Shown here one piece after another: positions 9,394-18,312 of a stretch of 64,000 bases of DNA (positions are counted from its first letter, which is position 1; each line of letters opens with the position of its first letter). A program made the translations under genes and the position numbers. The notes beneath the pieces were generated by a model. The model saw only the letters and a program-made list of their open reading frames with translations. It was not told the DNA's origin and ran no database searches. Source of the stretch: Vulcanimicrobiota bacterium (GTDB lineage: Bacteria; Vulcanimicrobiota; Vulcanimicrobiia; Vulcanimicrobiales; Vulcanimicrobiaceae); the NCBI GenBank assembly GCA_963695225.1, contig OY968762.1, positions 2,240,001-2,304,000 on the forward strand, given 5' to 3'.

Positions 9394-11777
9394 CCGCGCA
9401 GTTGGGCGCCGCAACGCTCGCGCAGCGCCGCGACGATCGTTGCGATGTGCGCATCCGCTTCGGCATCGGTGAGCGTGGCGGCGTCGCGCTGGAGGAGCAG
9501 GTGGAGCGCGAGGCTCTTGCTCCCGGCGGCGACTTGCGCGCCGCGGTATTCGTCGAAGACCCGCACGCTGCGCAGCACGCCGTCGCCGCTCGCGCGCGCG
9601 GCGGCCTCGACGCTCGCCGCGGTGACAGCGGCCGGGACGACGATCGCGAGATCGCGCGCGACGCTCGGGAAGCGGGAGGGGGCGCGGTACCGCTGCACGT
9701 GCGGCGCGGGGATGTCGGCCGTTCGCGCGAGCCCGACGTAGACGCTCGAGACCAGCTCGTAGGCGGCGGCGAGACGCGGATCGAGGGCGCCGAAGAGCGC
9801 GACGTTCTTCCCGTCGATGCGCACGGCGGCGCTCTTTCCCGGATGCAAACCCGCTGCGGGAGCGCCCACGACGTCGCCGTCGAGGCCGGTCAGGCCTCGG
9901 ATGAACGCGAGCGTCTCGCCCTTGAAGCGCAGGAATCCGGTATCGCGCCAACTCGGCTCTTCGGTGCGCGGGATCGAGAGAAGCCACGCGACCATCGGTG
10001 TCTCGAGCGGGACGGGGCCTTCCTCGAAGACGTGCCCGACCGTGAAGTAGCGCAGTGCTCGTTCCGATTCGTAGCGGGCGGCGAGCGCGAGCAGCGCGGG
10101 GAGGAGCGAGAAGCGCAGATAGCGCTGATCCTCCGAGAGCGGATTCTGCAATTCGACGAGCGGCGGGACGGGATATCCGGCGGCCTCGAAGCGCGAAGCG
10201 ACCGCCCTGCCGTGGAGCGCGAACGGAATCGCTTCGCGGTAGCCGGACCGGCGGAGTTCGTGCGCGACGTTCCGGTCGCGATCGTACTCCGCGCTCTCTA
10301 TGCCTTGATCCAGGACCGGCGGCGCGACGGCTTCGATCTTATCGTAGCCGACGATGCGGCCGATCTCTTCGATCACGTCGACGGGAATCGAGACGTCGGT
10401 TCGCCAGTAGGGCGCGGTGACGTCGTAGCGGAGCGCATGTTCCGTCGTATCGACGCGGACCTCGAAGCCGAGCGAGCGGAGCGCGCGTTCGACGGCGAGC
10501 GGCTTCGGCGCGAAGCCGAGAACTTGCGCGATACGGCGCGCTTCGACCAAGATCGGTGCGTGTGCGGGCGGTGCGGCGCCCGCCGTCACGGGCGCGTGAA
10601 CGCGCGCGCCTTCGGCCGCGAGCAAGTGCGCGGCGCGTGCCGCAGCCGCATCGGCCAGGCCGACGGCGAGATGCTTTTCGTGCCGGCTCGAGGCCTCGCT
10701 GCGCAACGCCGTCGCGAGGCCGGCGCGGCGGATGCGCGGGCCGTGAAACTTCGCGCTCTCCACGACGAGCTCGCGCGTCGTCTCGGTGACTTCGCTCGCC
10801 GCGGCGCCCATCAGGCCGGCGATGCACTGCGGTTCGCGTTCGTCGGCGATCACCAAGATCGAGGGCGTCAGGTCGCGCAGCTCGCCGTCGAGCGTCCGAA
10901 CGGTTTCACCCGGATGAGCGCTGCGCGCGATCAGGTGATGCCCTGCGAGCTTGTCGTAATCGTAGAAGTGTTGCGGCTGCCCGAGTTCGAGCATCACGAA
11001 GTTCGAGATGTCGACGAGGTTGCTGATCGGGCGCTGCCCCGCGAGCGCGAGGCGCACGCGCATCCAAGCGGGCGCGGGGCGCACGTGCACGTTCGAGAAA
11101 CGCTGCGCGACGAAGCGACGGCAATCGGGGCTTTCGAGCGTGACGCGGATATCGGGGGCGGCGTCGCTCTCGGCGATCGTCACGGCCGTTTGCGGTTCGC
11201 GCACCGGCAGATCGAACGCCGCTCCGAGCTCGCGCGCGATGCCCAGGACGCACATCGCGTCGGCCCGGTTCGAACCGATCTCGACTTCGACGACGGGCTC
11301 CGAGAGACGGTAGAGCGCGACGACGTCGGTCCCGAGCGGAACGTCCGCTTCGAGTTGCATGATCCCGTTTTCGAACCACTCGCCGGGAAGACCGAGCTCT
11401 TCTGCGGAGCAGAGCATCCCTTGCGATTCGAGCCCGCGCATCTTGCGCGGCGCGATCGCGAGCGGCGCTCCGCCTTCCCCCGCGAGCTGCGCGCCGATCT
11501 TAGCGACCGGGACGACTTGCCCGGCGGCGACGTTCGTTGCGGCGGTCGCGATCGTCAACGTCTCCGGCGCGCCGACGTCGAGCGTGCAAACCAAGAGGCG
11601 GTCCGCGTTCGGGTGCTTTTCGCACGAGACGATCCGGCCGGCTACGACGCCGTGCAGGACGGGGCGCGTTTCGACGGATTCGACGGGGAAGCCGAGCAAC
11701 GCCAACTTCTCAACGAGCGCGGCGACCGGCACGTCGAGAGCGAGATAGTCGTGGAGCCACGCGAGCGGCAATCTCAT
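9390..11777 (-). CDS. pheT: Phenylalanine-tRNA ligase beta subunit
   Basis: HPNADRL, MRGLESQGMLCS, NLVDISNFVMLELGQP, EEIGRIVGY, FPSVARDLA. Confidence 0.96.
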   Translation of the reverse strand: MRLPLAWLHDYLALDVPVAALVEKLALLGFPVESVETRPVLHGVVAGRIVSCEKHPNADRLLVCTLDVGAPETLTIATAATNVAAGQVVPVAKIGAQLAGEGGAPLAIAPRKMRGLESQGMLCSAEELGLPGEWFENGIMQLEADVPLGTDVVALYRLSEPVVEVEIGSNRADAMCVLGIARELGAAFDLPVREPQTAVTIAESDAAPDIRVTLESPDCRRFVAQRFSNVHVRPAPAWMRVRLALAGQRPISNLVDISNFVMLELGQPQHFYDYDKLAGHHLIARSAHPGETVRTLDGELRDLTPSILVIADEREPQCIAGLMGAAASEVTETTRELVVESAKFHGPRIRRAGLATALRSEASSRHEKHLAVGLADAAAARAAHLLAAEGARVHAPVTAGAAPPAHAPILVEARRIAQVLGFAPKPLAVERALRSLGFEVRVDTTEHALRYDVTAPYWRTDVSIPVDVIEEIGRIVGYDKIEAVAPPVLDQGIESAEYDRDRNVAHELRRSGYREAIPFALHGRAVASRFEAAGYPVPPLVELQNPLSEDQRYLRFSLLPALLALAARYESERALRYFTVGHVFEEGPVPLETPMVAWLLSIPRTEEPSWRDTGFLRFKGETLAFIRGLTGLDGDVVGAPAAGLHPGKSAAVRIDGKNVALFGALDPRLAAAYELVSSVYVGLARTADIPAPHVQRYRAPSRFPSVARDLAIVVPAAVTAASVEAAARASGDGVLRSVRVFDEYRGAQVAAGSKSLALHLLLQRDAATLTDAEADAHIATIVAALRERCGAQLRG

Positions 11778-12820
11778 GCGAGCTGCTCCAAGAACGCGGG
11801 ATCGTTGTCATAGAAGACGCGGATGTCGTCGATCTCGTGGCGGACCATCGCGATCCGCTCGAGCCCGACGCCGAACGCCCAGCCGCTGACTTCTTCGGGA
11901 TCGTACCCGACGTTGCGGAGCACGTTCGGGTGGACCATCCCGGCGCCGCCGATCTCGATCCAACCCGAACCGCCGCACGTGCGGCAGCCGCCCCCGCCGC
12001 AACCGGGGCACGTCGTGTCGATCTCGGCGCTCGGTTCGGTGAACGGAAAGAACGACGGCCGGAAACGGACTTGCTGCGCGGGCCCGAACAGCTCGCGGCA
12101 CATACCGACGAGAACGCCCTTCAGATGCCCCATGTGGATCCCTGGGGCGACGAGCAGGCCTTCCATTTGATGGAACATGTAGGAATGGCGCGCGTCGACG
12201 GCGTCCCGCCGGTAGACGGTGCCGGGGACGACGATCGCGATCGGCGCCGGATTCTCGCGCATCGCGCGAATCTGCATCGGGGAGGTATGCGGACGCAGCA
12301 ACAGATCCGGCCGCAAGTACATCGAATCGAAGCCTTCGCGCGCCGGGTGGTCTGCCGGGATGTTCAGCGCATCGAAGGAGTGTTCGTCCGTCTCGATCTC
12401 GGGGCCCAAAAGCACGGCGAAGCCGCGTCGCTCGAAATAGCGGACCGCATCCTCGAGCGTGCGGCGCAGCGGGTGCAACGATCCCACGACCGGCTCGATC
12501 CCCGGGAACGTCACGTCGATTGCGGTCTCGAGCTCGGCTGCGATCGCCTCCATGCGCAAGCGCTCGGCGCCCGCGGCCAGATCCGCTTCCAGGACCGCGA
12601 CGGCCTCGTTGATCACTTTGCCTGCACCCGGGCGCTCCGCGTTCGGCAACGTGCCGATGCTGCGGCGGATCGCCGTGATCTCGCCGCTACGGCCGAGGTA
12701 GGCGACGCGGACCGCTTCGAGTTCGGCGTCCGAGTGGACGGTTGCGAGTGCGGCGCGCATCCGGCCGGCTAACGCATCGAGCCGGTCTTGTATAGACGAG
12801 GGTTGATCGCTGATCGGCAT
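11774..12820 (-). CDS. pheS: Phenylalanine-tRNA ligase alpha subunit
   Basis: HPAR, LRPHTSPMQIR, FHQMEGL, RPSFFPFTEPS, GWAFGVGLERIAM. Confidence 0.97.
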   Translation of the reverse strand: MPISDQPSSIQDRLDALAGRMRAALATVHSDAELEAVRVAYLGRSGEITAIRRSIGTLPNAERPGAGKVINEAVAVLEADLAAGAERLRMEAIAAELETAIDVTFPGIEPVVGSLHPLRRTLEDAVRYFERRGFAVLLGPEIETDEHSFDALNIPADHPAREGFDSMYLRPDLLLRPHTSPMQIRAMRENPAPIAIVVPGTVYRRDAVDARHSYMFHQMEGLLVAPGIHMGHLKGVLVGMCRELFGPAQQVRFRPSFFPFTEPSAEIDTTCPGCGGGGCRTCGGSGWIEIGGAGMVHPNVLRNVGYDPEEVSGWAFGVGLERIAMVRHEIDDIRVFYDNDPAFLEQLA

Positions 12821-12840
12821 GACTTTCTTTGAAGTGTCGT

Positions 12841-12880
12841 TACGTAAAGCGAGCGCCCGACCTTCCGGCCGGGCGCTCGC
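12841..12880 (-). terminator. GC-rich hairpin with short U tract in the pheS leader
   Basis: Minus strand GCGAGCGCCCG-GCCGGAAGGT-CGGGCGCTCGC-TTTAC, perfect 11-bp stem. Confidence 0.6.
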
Positions 12881-12912
12881 GAACCTAGTTTCGGCGTTTC
12901 GCCGTCAGCTCG

Positions 12913-13002
12913 TCACATGCCGTGCAACTGGCGGTAGAGCAAGTAGGCACTAATCGATCCTGTGCTCGTGAACAGTTTCCAGAAGAAGTCGGTCGTGCGC
13001 AT
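12913..13002 (-). CDS. YqzL-like small protein / possible pheST leader peptide (29 aa)
   Basis: MRTTDFFWKLFTSTGSISAYLLYRQLHGM*; resembles the YqzL pattern FxWKxFxxTGxIxxYLL; alternative in-frame GTG at 13038; absent from ORF track. Confidence 0.75.
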   Translation of the reverse strand: MRTTDFFWKLFTSTGSISAYLLYRQLHGM

Positions 13003-13065
13003 GCGGTGCGAGTACCCGTCTTTCTTTGCGTATTTCACGGCGACGCGACGTCGCAGAACGGGCCA

Positions 13066-13094
13066 AGTATAGCACAGGGCCATTTAGCCGCCAA
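13066..13094 (-). promoter_or_regulatory. Sigma70-type promoter for the yqzL-like ORF and pheST
   Basis: TTGGCG-17 nt-TATACT with TG extension. Confidence 0.7.
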
Positions 13095-13105
13095 GTCTTG
13101 ACAAA

Positions 13106-13894
13106 TCAGGGGTTTGCGCTGCCCGCATCCGTCGCGAATGCATAGAAAACGATGCTACCTGCGACCGCCGCATTGAGGCTCTCGCCGGACCCGATCTGCG
13201 GGATCGAGACCGTATCGTGCCAGCCGTCCAGCCCCTCGCGAACTCCGCGCCGTTCGTTCCCGATCGCCAGAATGGAGCGCTTGGCGAAGCGATAGGACTG
13301 GAGCGGAACCCCGGTCGAGGCGGTCGCGACGACGCGATAGCCGGCGTCGCGAGCCCGGACGAAAAGCCCTTCCCGTTCGGCCACGGCGATGGGGTGCCGG
13401 AAAATCGCACCCATGGAGCCGCGCACGACTTTAGGGTTATGCGGCTCGACCGTGGGCCCGGCGAAGATCGTCCCACCCAGCCCGAAGATCTCGGCCGACC
13501 GCAGTAGCGTTCCGGCATTCCCGGGGTCGGCGACGCCTGAAAGCAAGGCGAGCGATTTCCCGCCGGCAAGCAGTTCTTCGAGCGGCGTCGGCCGGATCGC
13601 GAAGACGGCGATCAGGCCGTGGGGCGTTGCGACGTCGGAGAGCCGGTCGAACGCCCGTTCCGGGATCGCATAGATCGGGCAGTCCGGCGTGCCGCCCCCG
13701 CTCTCGAGTTCCCGCGCGGCCTCCTCCGTTGCGTAGATCGCCTCCGGAACGAGCCCGCTGCGGAGCGCTTCGGCGAGCATCGTCGGCCCCTCGACGGCGA
13801 ACCGGCCCTGCTCGCGGCGTCCGGCCTTCGAACGAAGCGCGCGCACGGCATCCAGCTTCGGAGAGTGGGCGCCCAGGGGAATCGCGATGCTCAT
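13106..13894 (-). CDS. TrmH/SpoU family RNA methyltransferase
   Basis: FAVEG, DPGNAGTLLRSA, NPKVVRGSMG, GNERRG, ESLNAAVA. Confidence 0.92.
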   Translation of the reverse strand: MSIAIPLGAHSPKLDAVRALRSKAGRREQGRFAVEGPTMLAEALRSGLVPEAIYATEEAARELESGGGTPDCPIYAIPERAFDRLSDVATPHGLIAVFAIRPTPLEELLAGGKSLALLSGVADPGNAGTLLRSAEIFGLGGTIFAGPTVEPHNPKVVRGSMGAIFRHPIAVAEREGLFVRARDAGYRVVATASTGVPLQSYRFAKRSILAIGNERRGVREGLDGWHDTVSIPQIGSGESLNAAVAGSIVFYAFATDAGSANP

Positions 13895-13988
13895 CGCCCC
13901 TGCATTTGCCCCACCGCCCCGCGCGCGCCTGCGTTGTGGAGCGGCGAAGACGGAGGAGATTCCCGCGCGCCGGTTGACTCGTACCGGG

Positions 13989-14339
13989 ATGTCTCCACGG
14001 GTCGGCCGCACGGTCGAAATCGTCTCGGTCGTAGCTATCGGGATCGGCGTCCTTTTCGGCGGCCGCATGTTGCTGGTCAACCTTTCGCACATCGCGCATT
14101 ACGCGATCCCGGTGCTGATCGTGCTGGGCCTCCTGCAAGCCGGGGCTTTGCGGCGCAACGCCGCGATCGACCGTCCCGGGCGCCCGCTCATCGCCACCCG
14201 GGACGTCGCCTTCATCGCGGCAATCCTGCTCTCGATCGCCTTCGTCGCCTACCCCGCCCGCTGGTCGATCGGCGCGGCGATCGTCGCGGTCGAAGTGGGC
14301 CTCTTGCTCGAGCTCTTCGGACAATTCTCAACGACATGA
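13989..14339 (+). CDS. Hypothetical membrane protein (about 4 TM)
   Basis: Hydrophobic ORF MSPRVGRTVEIVSVVAIGIG...; ATGA overlap with the NUDIX gene. Confidence 0.65.
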   Translation: MSPRVGRTVEIVSVVAIGIGVLFGGRMLLVNLSHIAHYAIPVLIVLGLLQAGALRRNAAIDRPGRPLIATRDVAFIAAILLSIAFVAYPARWSIGAAIVAVEVGLLLELFGQFSTT

Positions 14340-14857
14340 AGCCGCACTCTCAGCAACGCATCTACGCAGGCCGCGTCCTCAACCTGCGCGTCGACGAGAT
14401 CGACACGCCCGCCGGCGGCACGCGCGCCTACGAGGTCATCGAACACGCCGGAGGCGCCGTCGTGATCGCGCAACCCACGCCCGGCGAGATCGTCCTCGTG
14501 CGCCAGCACCGCCACGCCGTCGATGCCGATCTCTGGGAGGTTCCCGCCGGCATGATCGAACGCGGCGAACCCCCGATCGTCACCGCCGAGCGCGAGCTGA
14601 TCGAAGAGACCGGTTACCGCGCCGCGCACCTGCGCTTCCTCTGGTCGATCTATCCGACGCCGGGCTTCTGCCAGGAGCGCATCTACTTCTTCGTCGCCGA
14701 GGGCCTGACGCCGGGCAAGGCCGCCCCCGAAGCCGACGAAGAATTCGAAGTGCGAACGTGGCGTCTCGAAGAAGCCTGGGCGCTCGTGGAACGCGACGAA
14801 CTTCGCGACGCAAAGACGCAAGTGGCGTTGGCTTGGGCGCTGCTTAAGCTTCGATAG
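14336..14857 (+). CDS. NUDIX hydrolase (ADP-ribose pyrophosphatase NudF-like)
   Basis: Nudix box PAGMIERGEPPIVTAERELIEETG, YPTPGF, DAKT. Confidence 0.92.
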   Translation: MKPHSQQRIYAGRVLNLRVDEIDTPAGGTRAYEVIEHAGGAVVIAQPTPGEIVLVRQHRHAVDADLWEVPAGMIERGEPPIVTAERELIEETGYRAAHLRFLWSIYPTPGFCQERIYFFVAEGLTPGKAAPEADEEFEVRTWRLEEAWALVERDELRDAKTQVALAWALLKLR

Positions 14858-15140
14858 GCCCCGCATCGGGCGGGAGCCGGGTCACCCTCGCGGGGACGCG
14901 CCGGTTTTTCCATCCTGGAAAAACCGGCGCTCGACACTGCACTGGCGCTCCGCCATCCGTGGCTCCGCTGGTGCAGGCGCCCCGCGAGGATGACCCGGCT
15001 CCCGCCCGATGCGGACTTTCCGCGTGCGGCGCCGTCTATGGCGTTGCGCGGCGGCGGCGAGGAAGACCCGGCTCCCGCCCGATGCGGACTTTTCGCGTGC
15101 GGCGCCGTGGGAGGCGCCTCGGCTCCCCGTCCATGGGGGG
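14858..15140. repeat. REP/MITE-like palindromic repeat cluster
   Basis: About 35-bp inverted repeats at 14861-14895 and 14980-15014; about 52-bp near-perfect direct repeat at 14984-15035 and 15057-15108; internal hairpins with CATCC(N)TG-type loops; between convergent genes. Confidence 0.8.
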
Positions 15141-15155
15141 CGGCGGAACGCTAGC

Positions 15156-16043
15156 TCAGCGAGCTCGGTAGGTTGCGAATTGTTGCGGGTCTCGGGCGAG
15201 GCGTTCGATCATGTCGCGGGTCGGGATCTTGACGTTGCGGGCGATGCGCGCCGCTTTGAGCATCTTGATCGTGAACCAGGTCAAGTCGAACTCGTACCAG
15301 CGCATGCCGTGGCGCGCGGAGAACGGGAACGCATGGTGATTGTTGTGCCAGCCTTCGCCGAATGCGAGGAGCGCGACCCACCAGCAGTTCGTCGAGCGGT
15401 CGCCGGTTTTGAAGCTCTGGTAGCCGGCTTGGTGCGCCGCGCTGTTCACGAGCCAGGTGCAGTGGTAGAGCACGACGAGCCGCACGAAGACGCCCCAGAT
15501 GACGAACGGCCAGCCGCCGATCGAGAAGAGCAGCAGGCCGAGCGCGAACTGGATCGGGATCGGATAGCGGTCGAGGAAGCGGTAGAACGGGTCCTTCATG
15601 AGATCGGGGGCCCAGCGGCCGTACTCGTGAGGCTCGAGGCGGTCCTTGCTCGTGCGATAGAGCCATTCGACGTGCGCCCAACCCATGCCGCGGTGCGAAT
15701 CGTGAGGGTCGCCGTCGGCGTCCGTGAACGCGTGATGCTTGCGGTGGGTGGCGACCCAGTCGATCGGTCCGCCCTGGACGGCGAGCGTGCCGAAGAGCGC
15801 GAGCGCGTATTCGACGGGGCGGGGGACGGAGAAGCCGCGGTGCGTCAGCAGGCGATGGAAGCCGAGCGTGATGCCGAGCCCGCCGGCGATCCAGAAGAGC
15901 AGGTAGCCGACTGCGACCGCCCGCCACGAAAAGAACGCCGGCAGCAGTGCTGCCAGCGCTCCGAGGTGGATGAAGGCCAGGCCGATTCCGGTTGCGTAAT
16001 CGCGGGTTGCCGGCTTGGCGGCCGGCGCGGGTTGGGTGACCAT
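15156..16043 (-). CDS. Acyl-CoA/acyl-lipid delta-9 desaturase
   Basis: His boxes HRLLTH, HRKHH, HNNHH; GDPHDS; GEGWHNNHH. Confidence 0.94.
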   Translation of the reverse strand: MVTQPAPAAKPATRDYATGIGLAFIHLGALAALLPAFFSWRAVAVGYLLFWIAGGLGITLGFHRLLTHRGFSVPRPVEYALALFGTLAVQGGPIDWVATHRKHHAFTDADGDPHDSHRGMGWAHVEWLYRTSKDRLEPHEYGRWAPDLMKDPFYRFLDRYPIPIQFALGLLLFSIGGWPFVIWGVFVRLVVLYHCTWLVNSAAHQAGYQSFKTGDRSTNCWWVALLAFGEGWHNNHHAFPFSARHGMRWYEFDLTWFTIKMLKAARIARNVKIPTRDMIERLARDPQQFATYRAR

Positions 16044-16117
16044 ACAGAACTCTTTCCGTGTCGGCGACGGTGTCTGGTACGGCTTCCCACCCCGGGGGTT
16101 GGAGGGCCCGAACCGAG

Positions 16118-16495
16118 TTAAGCCGCGGGCGTGGCCCGCGACTCCAACTCCTTCTTCGCCACGGCTAACAAAGCCTCGAAGGCCGCCTCATCGCGGACCG
16201 CTAGGTCGGCTAACGCCTTGCGGTTCAGCGAGACGCCGCTCTTCTTGAGCCCGTCGATGAACCGCGAATAGGAGAGGCCCTCGCGCCGGACGGCCGCGTT
16301 GATGCGGCTGATCCAGAGCGCGCGGAAATCCCGCTTGCGGACGCGCCGGTCGCGAAACGCGTACGAGAGCGAATGGAGCAGGGCTTCGTTCGCGACGCGA
16401 TAGTTGCGCCGCCGCGCCGCGCGGAAGCCCTTGACGAGCTTCATGACCTTGCGGCGATGTTTGATCTTGTTGAGACCGCGCTTGATGCGTGCCAC
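16118..16495 (-). CDS. rplT: 50S ribosomal protein L20
   Basis: [32 protein letters not shown]. Confidence 0.98.
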   Translation of the reverse strand: MARIKRGLNKIKHRRKVMKLVKGFRAARRRNYRVANEALLHSLSYAFRDRRVRKRDFRALWISRINAAVRREGLSYSRFIDGLKKSGVSLNRKALADLAVRDEAAFEALLAVAKKELESRATPAA

Positions 16496-16507
16496 CGAAG
16501 AAACCTC

Positions 16508-16714
16508 CTACAGAAGATAGGGGATCTGCGGCGCAAAGCGCTTCAGATCGCCGGAAAAGACGGGCTGGTCCTTACGGAAGTTCCGTTTGCGCTTGCGCGT
16601 CTTCTTGCTGAGGATGTGACCGCAGCCGCTGAACTGGTGGCGATGGGTGACCTTGCCGTTGGCACTCACCTTCACGCGTTTCGCGGTGCCGCGATGCGTT
16701 CTGATCTTAGGCAT
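16508..16714 (-). CDS. rpmI: 50S ribosomal protein L35
   Basis: MPKIRTHRGTAKR, HILSKK; between infC and rplT. Confidence 0.96.
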   Translation of the reverse strand: MPKIRTHRGTAKRVKVSANGKVTHRHQFSGCGHILSKKTRKRKRNFRKDQPVFSGDLKRFAPQIPYLL

Positions 16715-17306
16715 TCGGGGTGGCTCCTTGGGGATTCGGGACAGCCTCGGCCGGGGCCGCGGGCTGTTGTGAGGTGAACTTCGGGGGGCCGGTGGGAACT
16801 GCGCGCGGGGCGAGAATCATGAACATGTTCTTGCCTTCGAGCTTGGCATCTCGCTCGATCGTGGCGATCGGCGCCATGTCGACCGCCATACGGTCGAGCA
16901 AGCGCTTTCCGAAACTCGTGTAGGTGATCTCGCGCCCGCGGAACATGATCGTGACCTTCACTTTTCCGCCGTCGAGGAGGAGACGCTCGGCCATTCGCGC
17001 CTTGACCTCGTAATCGTGGGCCTCGATCTTGGGGCGAAGCTTAACTTCCCGCAACTCCCAGTTCTTCTGTTTCTTCCGCGCGTCTTTGTCTTTCTTCGCC
17101 TGCTCGTATTTGAGTCGGCCGTAGTCGCCGATCCGGCAGACCGGCGGAACCGCCGTCGGGGAAACCTCGATCAGATCGAGACCCTTCTGCCGGGACAGCA
17201 CCAACGCGTTTTCGGTCGGCATCACCCCGAGTTGCGTGCCCTCGTCGTCGATGACGCGCACTTGGCGGATGCGAATTTGGTCGTTGACTCTGAGCGGTCG
17301 TGCTAT
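16707..17306 (-). CDS. infC: Translation initiation factor IF-3 (probable AUA start)
   Basis: AGGAG RBS then in-frame ATA: IARPLRVNDQIRIRQVRVID...; LDLIEVSP, KVKVTIMFRGRE. Confidence 0.95.
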   Translation of the reverse strand: MARPLRVNDQIRIRQVRVIDDEGTQLGVMPTENALVLSRQKGLDLIEVSPTAVPPVCRIGDYGRLKYEQAKKDKDARKKQKNWELREVKLRPKIEAHDYEVKARMAERLLLDGGKVKVTIMFRGREITYTSFGKRLLDRMAVDMAPIATIERDAKLEGKNMFMILAPRAVPTGPPKFTSQQPAAPAEAVPNPQGATPNA

Positions 17307-17366
17307 GAGTTCGTTCTCCTTTGAACTGGGCGGATTCCGTGAAGGTGCGCGGGAAAAGCTAAAGGC

Positions 17367-17485
17367 AAAAAAAAGTGGCGACGCCGAAGCATCCCCACGA
17401 GCGAGACCTACCGTCGGCCTCTCTTGTCAGGACCGGATCGCCCGAGGGCATCCGGTGAGGGGGGCGGGGCCTCCCTACTTCGGCT
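17367..17485 (-). ncRNA. L20-leader-like cis-regulatory RNA with intrinsic terminator
   Basis: Minus strand AAGUAGGGAGGCCCCGCCCCCCUCACC resembles the Firmicute L20 leader 5' part; ends in GUGGGGAUGC-UUCG-GCGUCGCCAC-U8 upstream of infC. Confidence 0.7.
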
Positions 17486-17490
17486 CACGG

Positions 17491-17520
17491 ATCATAACAG
17501 GAAGGGGCGAGTGAGGTCAA
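17491..17520 (-). promoter_or_regulatory. Sigma70 promoter of infC-rpmI-rplT
   Basis: TTGACC-18 nt-TATGAT with TG extension. Confidence 0.75.
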
Positions 17521-17581
17521 ATCGCCGCCTGAACCCGGGGCCCGGAGAGACTTCTGAACGCTCGTGTGAGAAGGTAACTGC

Positions 17582-18034
17582 ATGGAACCCGTCTTTCAAC
17601 GCATCGTAGTTCCGTTTGACGGTTCGCCGCCGTCGGAGCGCGCGCTCGACCTAGCCTGCCGCCTGGCGGCATCGACCTCGGGCAGCTTGCTCGTGATGAC
17701 CGTTTTCGAGCGGGACAAACTTGCCGCCGAATGCGCGACGAGCGGCATGGGCCTCGAACTCGCCTCGATTTTGGACAACGCGCGCAAAGCCTCGGACGAC
17801 GTCGTCGCTCGCGGCGCGGCGCACTGCGGCTCCGTTCCCGTTCGGACGCGGGTTGTCGAGGGGCCGATCGTCGACGGCGTCCTCGCGGCTGCGAGCGAGT
17901 GGAACGCCGATTTGATCGTGATGGGTTCGCACGGCCGGTCCGGCATCGCGCGGCTCGTCCTGGGAAGCGTCACGGAAGGCGTCTTGCGCCGCGCGCCGGT
18001 TCCGGTGCTCGCCGTGCGCTGCCCGTCGGCGTAA
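17582..18034 (+). CDS. Universal stress protein (UspA family)
   Basis: RIVVPFDGS, ADLIVMGSHGRSG...LGSVTEGVLRRAPVPVL. Confidence 0.93.
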   Translation: MEPVFQRIVVPFDGSPPSERALDLACRLAASTSGSLLVMTVFERDKLAAECATSGMGLELASILDNARKASDDVVARGAAHCGSVPVRTRVVEGPIVDGVLAAASEWNADLIVMGSHGRSGIARLVLGSVTEGVLRRAPVPVLAVRCPSA

Positions 18035-18185
18035 CTACGACGTAGCGCTCCTCCCAACGATTGCAAGAAGGCTGCGACATTCGTCGGAGTCTTCTTTGCG
18101 TGCCGGCGCGTGTTGTCCAGATCGTTAGGAAATTGGAAATATTTCTGAAGGCGCACCTAGGAAGACCGTAAAAGGAGGCGAGGTT

Positions 18186-18311
18186 ATGAGTGATCCGCAG
18201 CAAAGCGGCGATCAACCGCTTCCTACAACAGTCCGTTTTGTTTCGTTCTTGGGCGCGTTCATCGTCATCACGTGGTTCGCAATGTTCTTCTTGTTGCGGG
18301 GCAGGTGGTAG
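18186..18311 (+). CDS. Cytochrome ba3-type oxidase subunit IIa (41 aa, single TM)
   Basis: MSDPQQSGDQPLPTTVRFVSFLGAFIVITWFAMFFLLRGRW*; strong AAAGGAGG RBS; ends 1 nt before subunit II; not in ORF track. Confidence 0.8.
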   Translation: MSDPQQSGDQPLPTTVRFVSFLGAFIVITWFAMFFLLRGRW

Positions 18312-18312
18312 C

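Noticed and set aside
12821..13060. T-box riboswitch before pheS
   Set aside because: No UGGNACC antiterminator bulge or Stem I motifs; the region holds a small ORF instead
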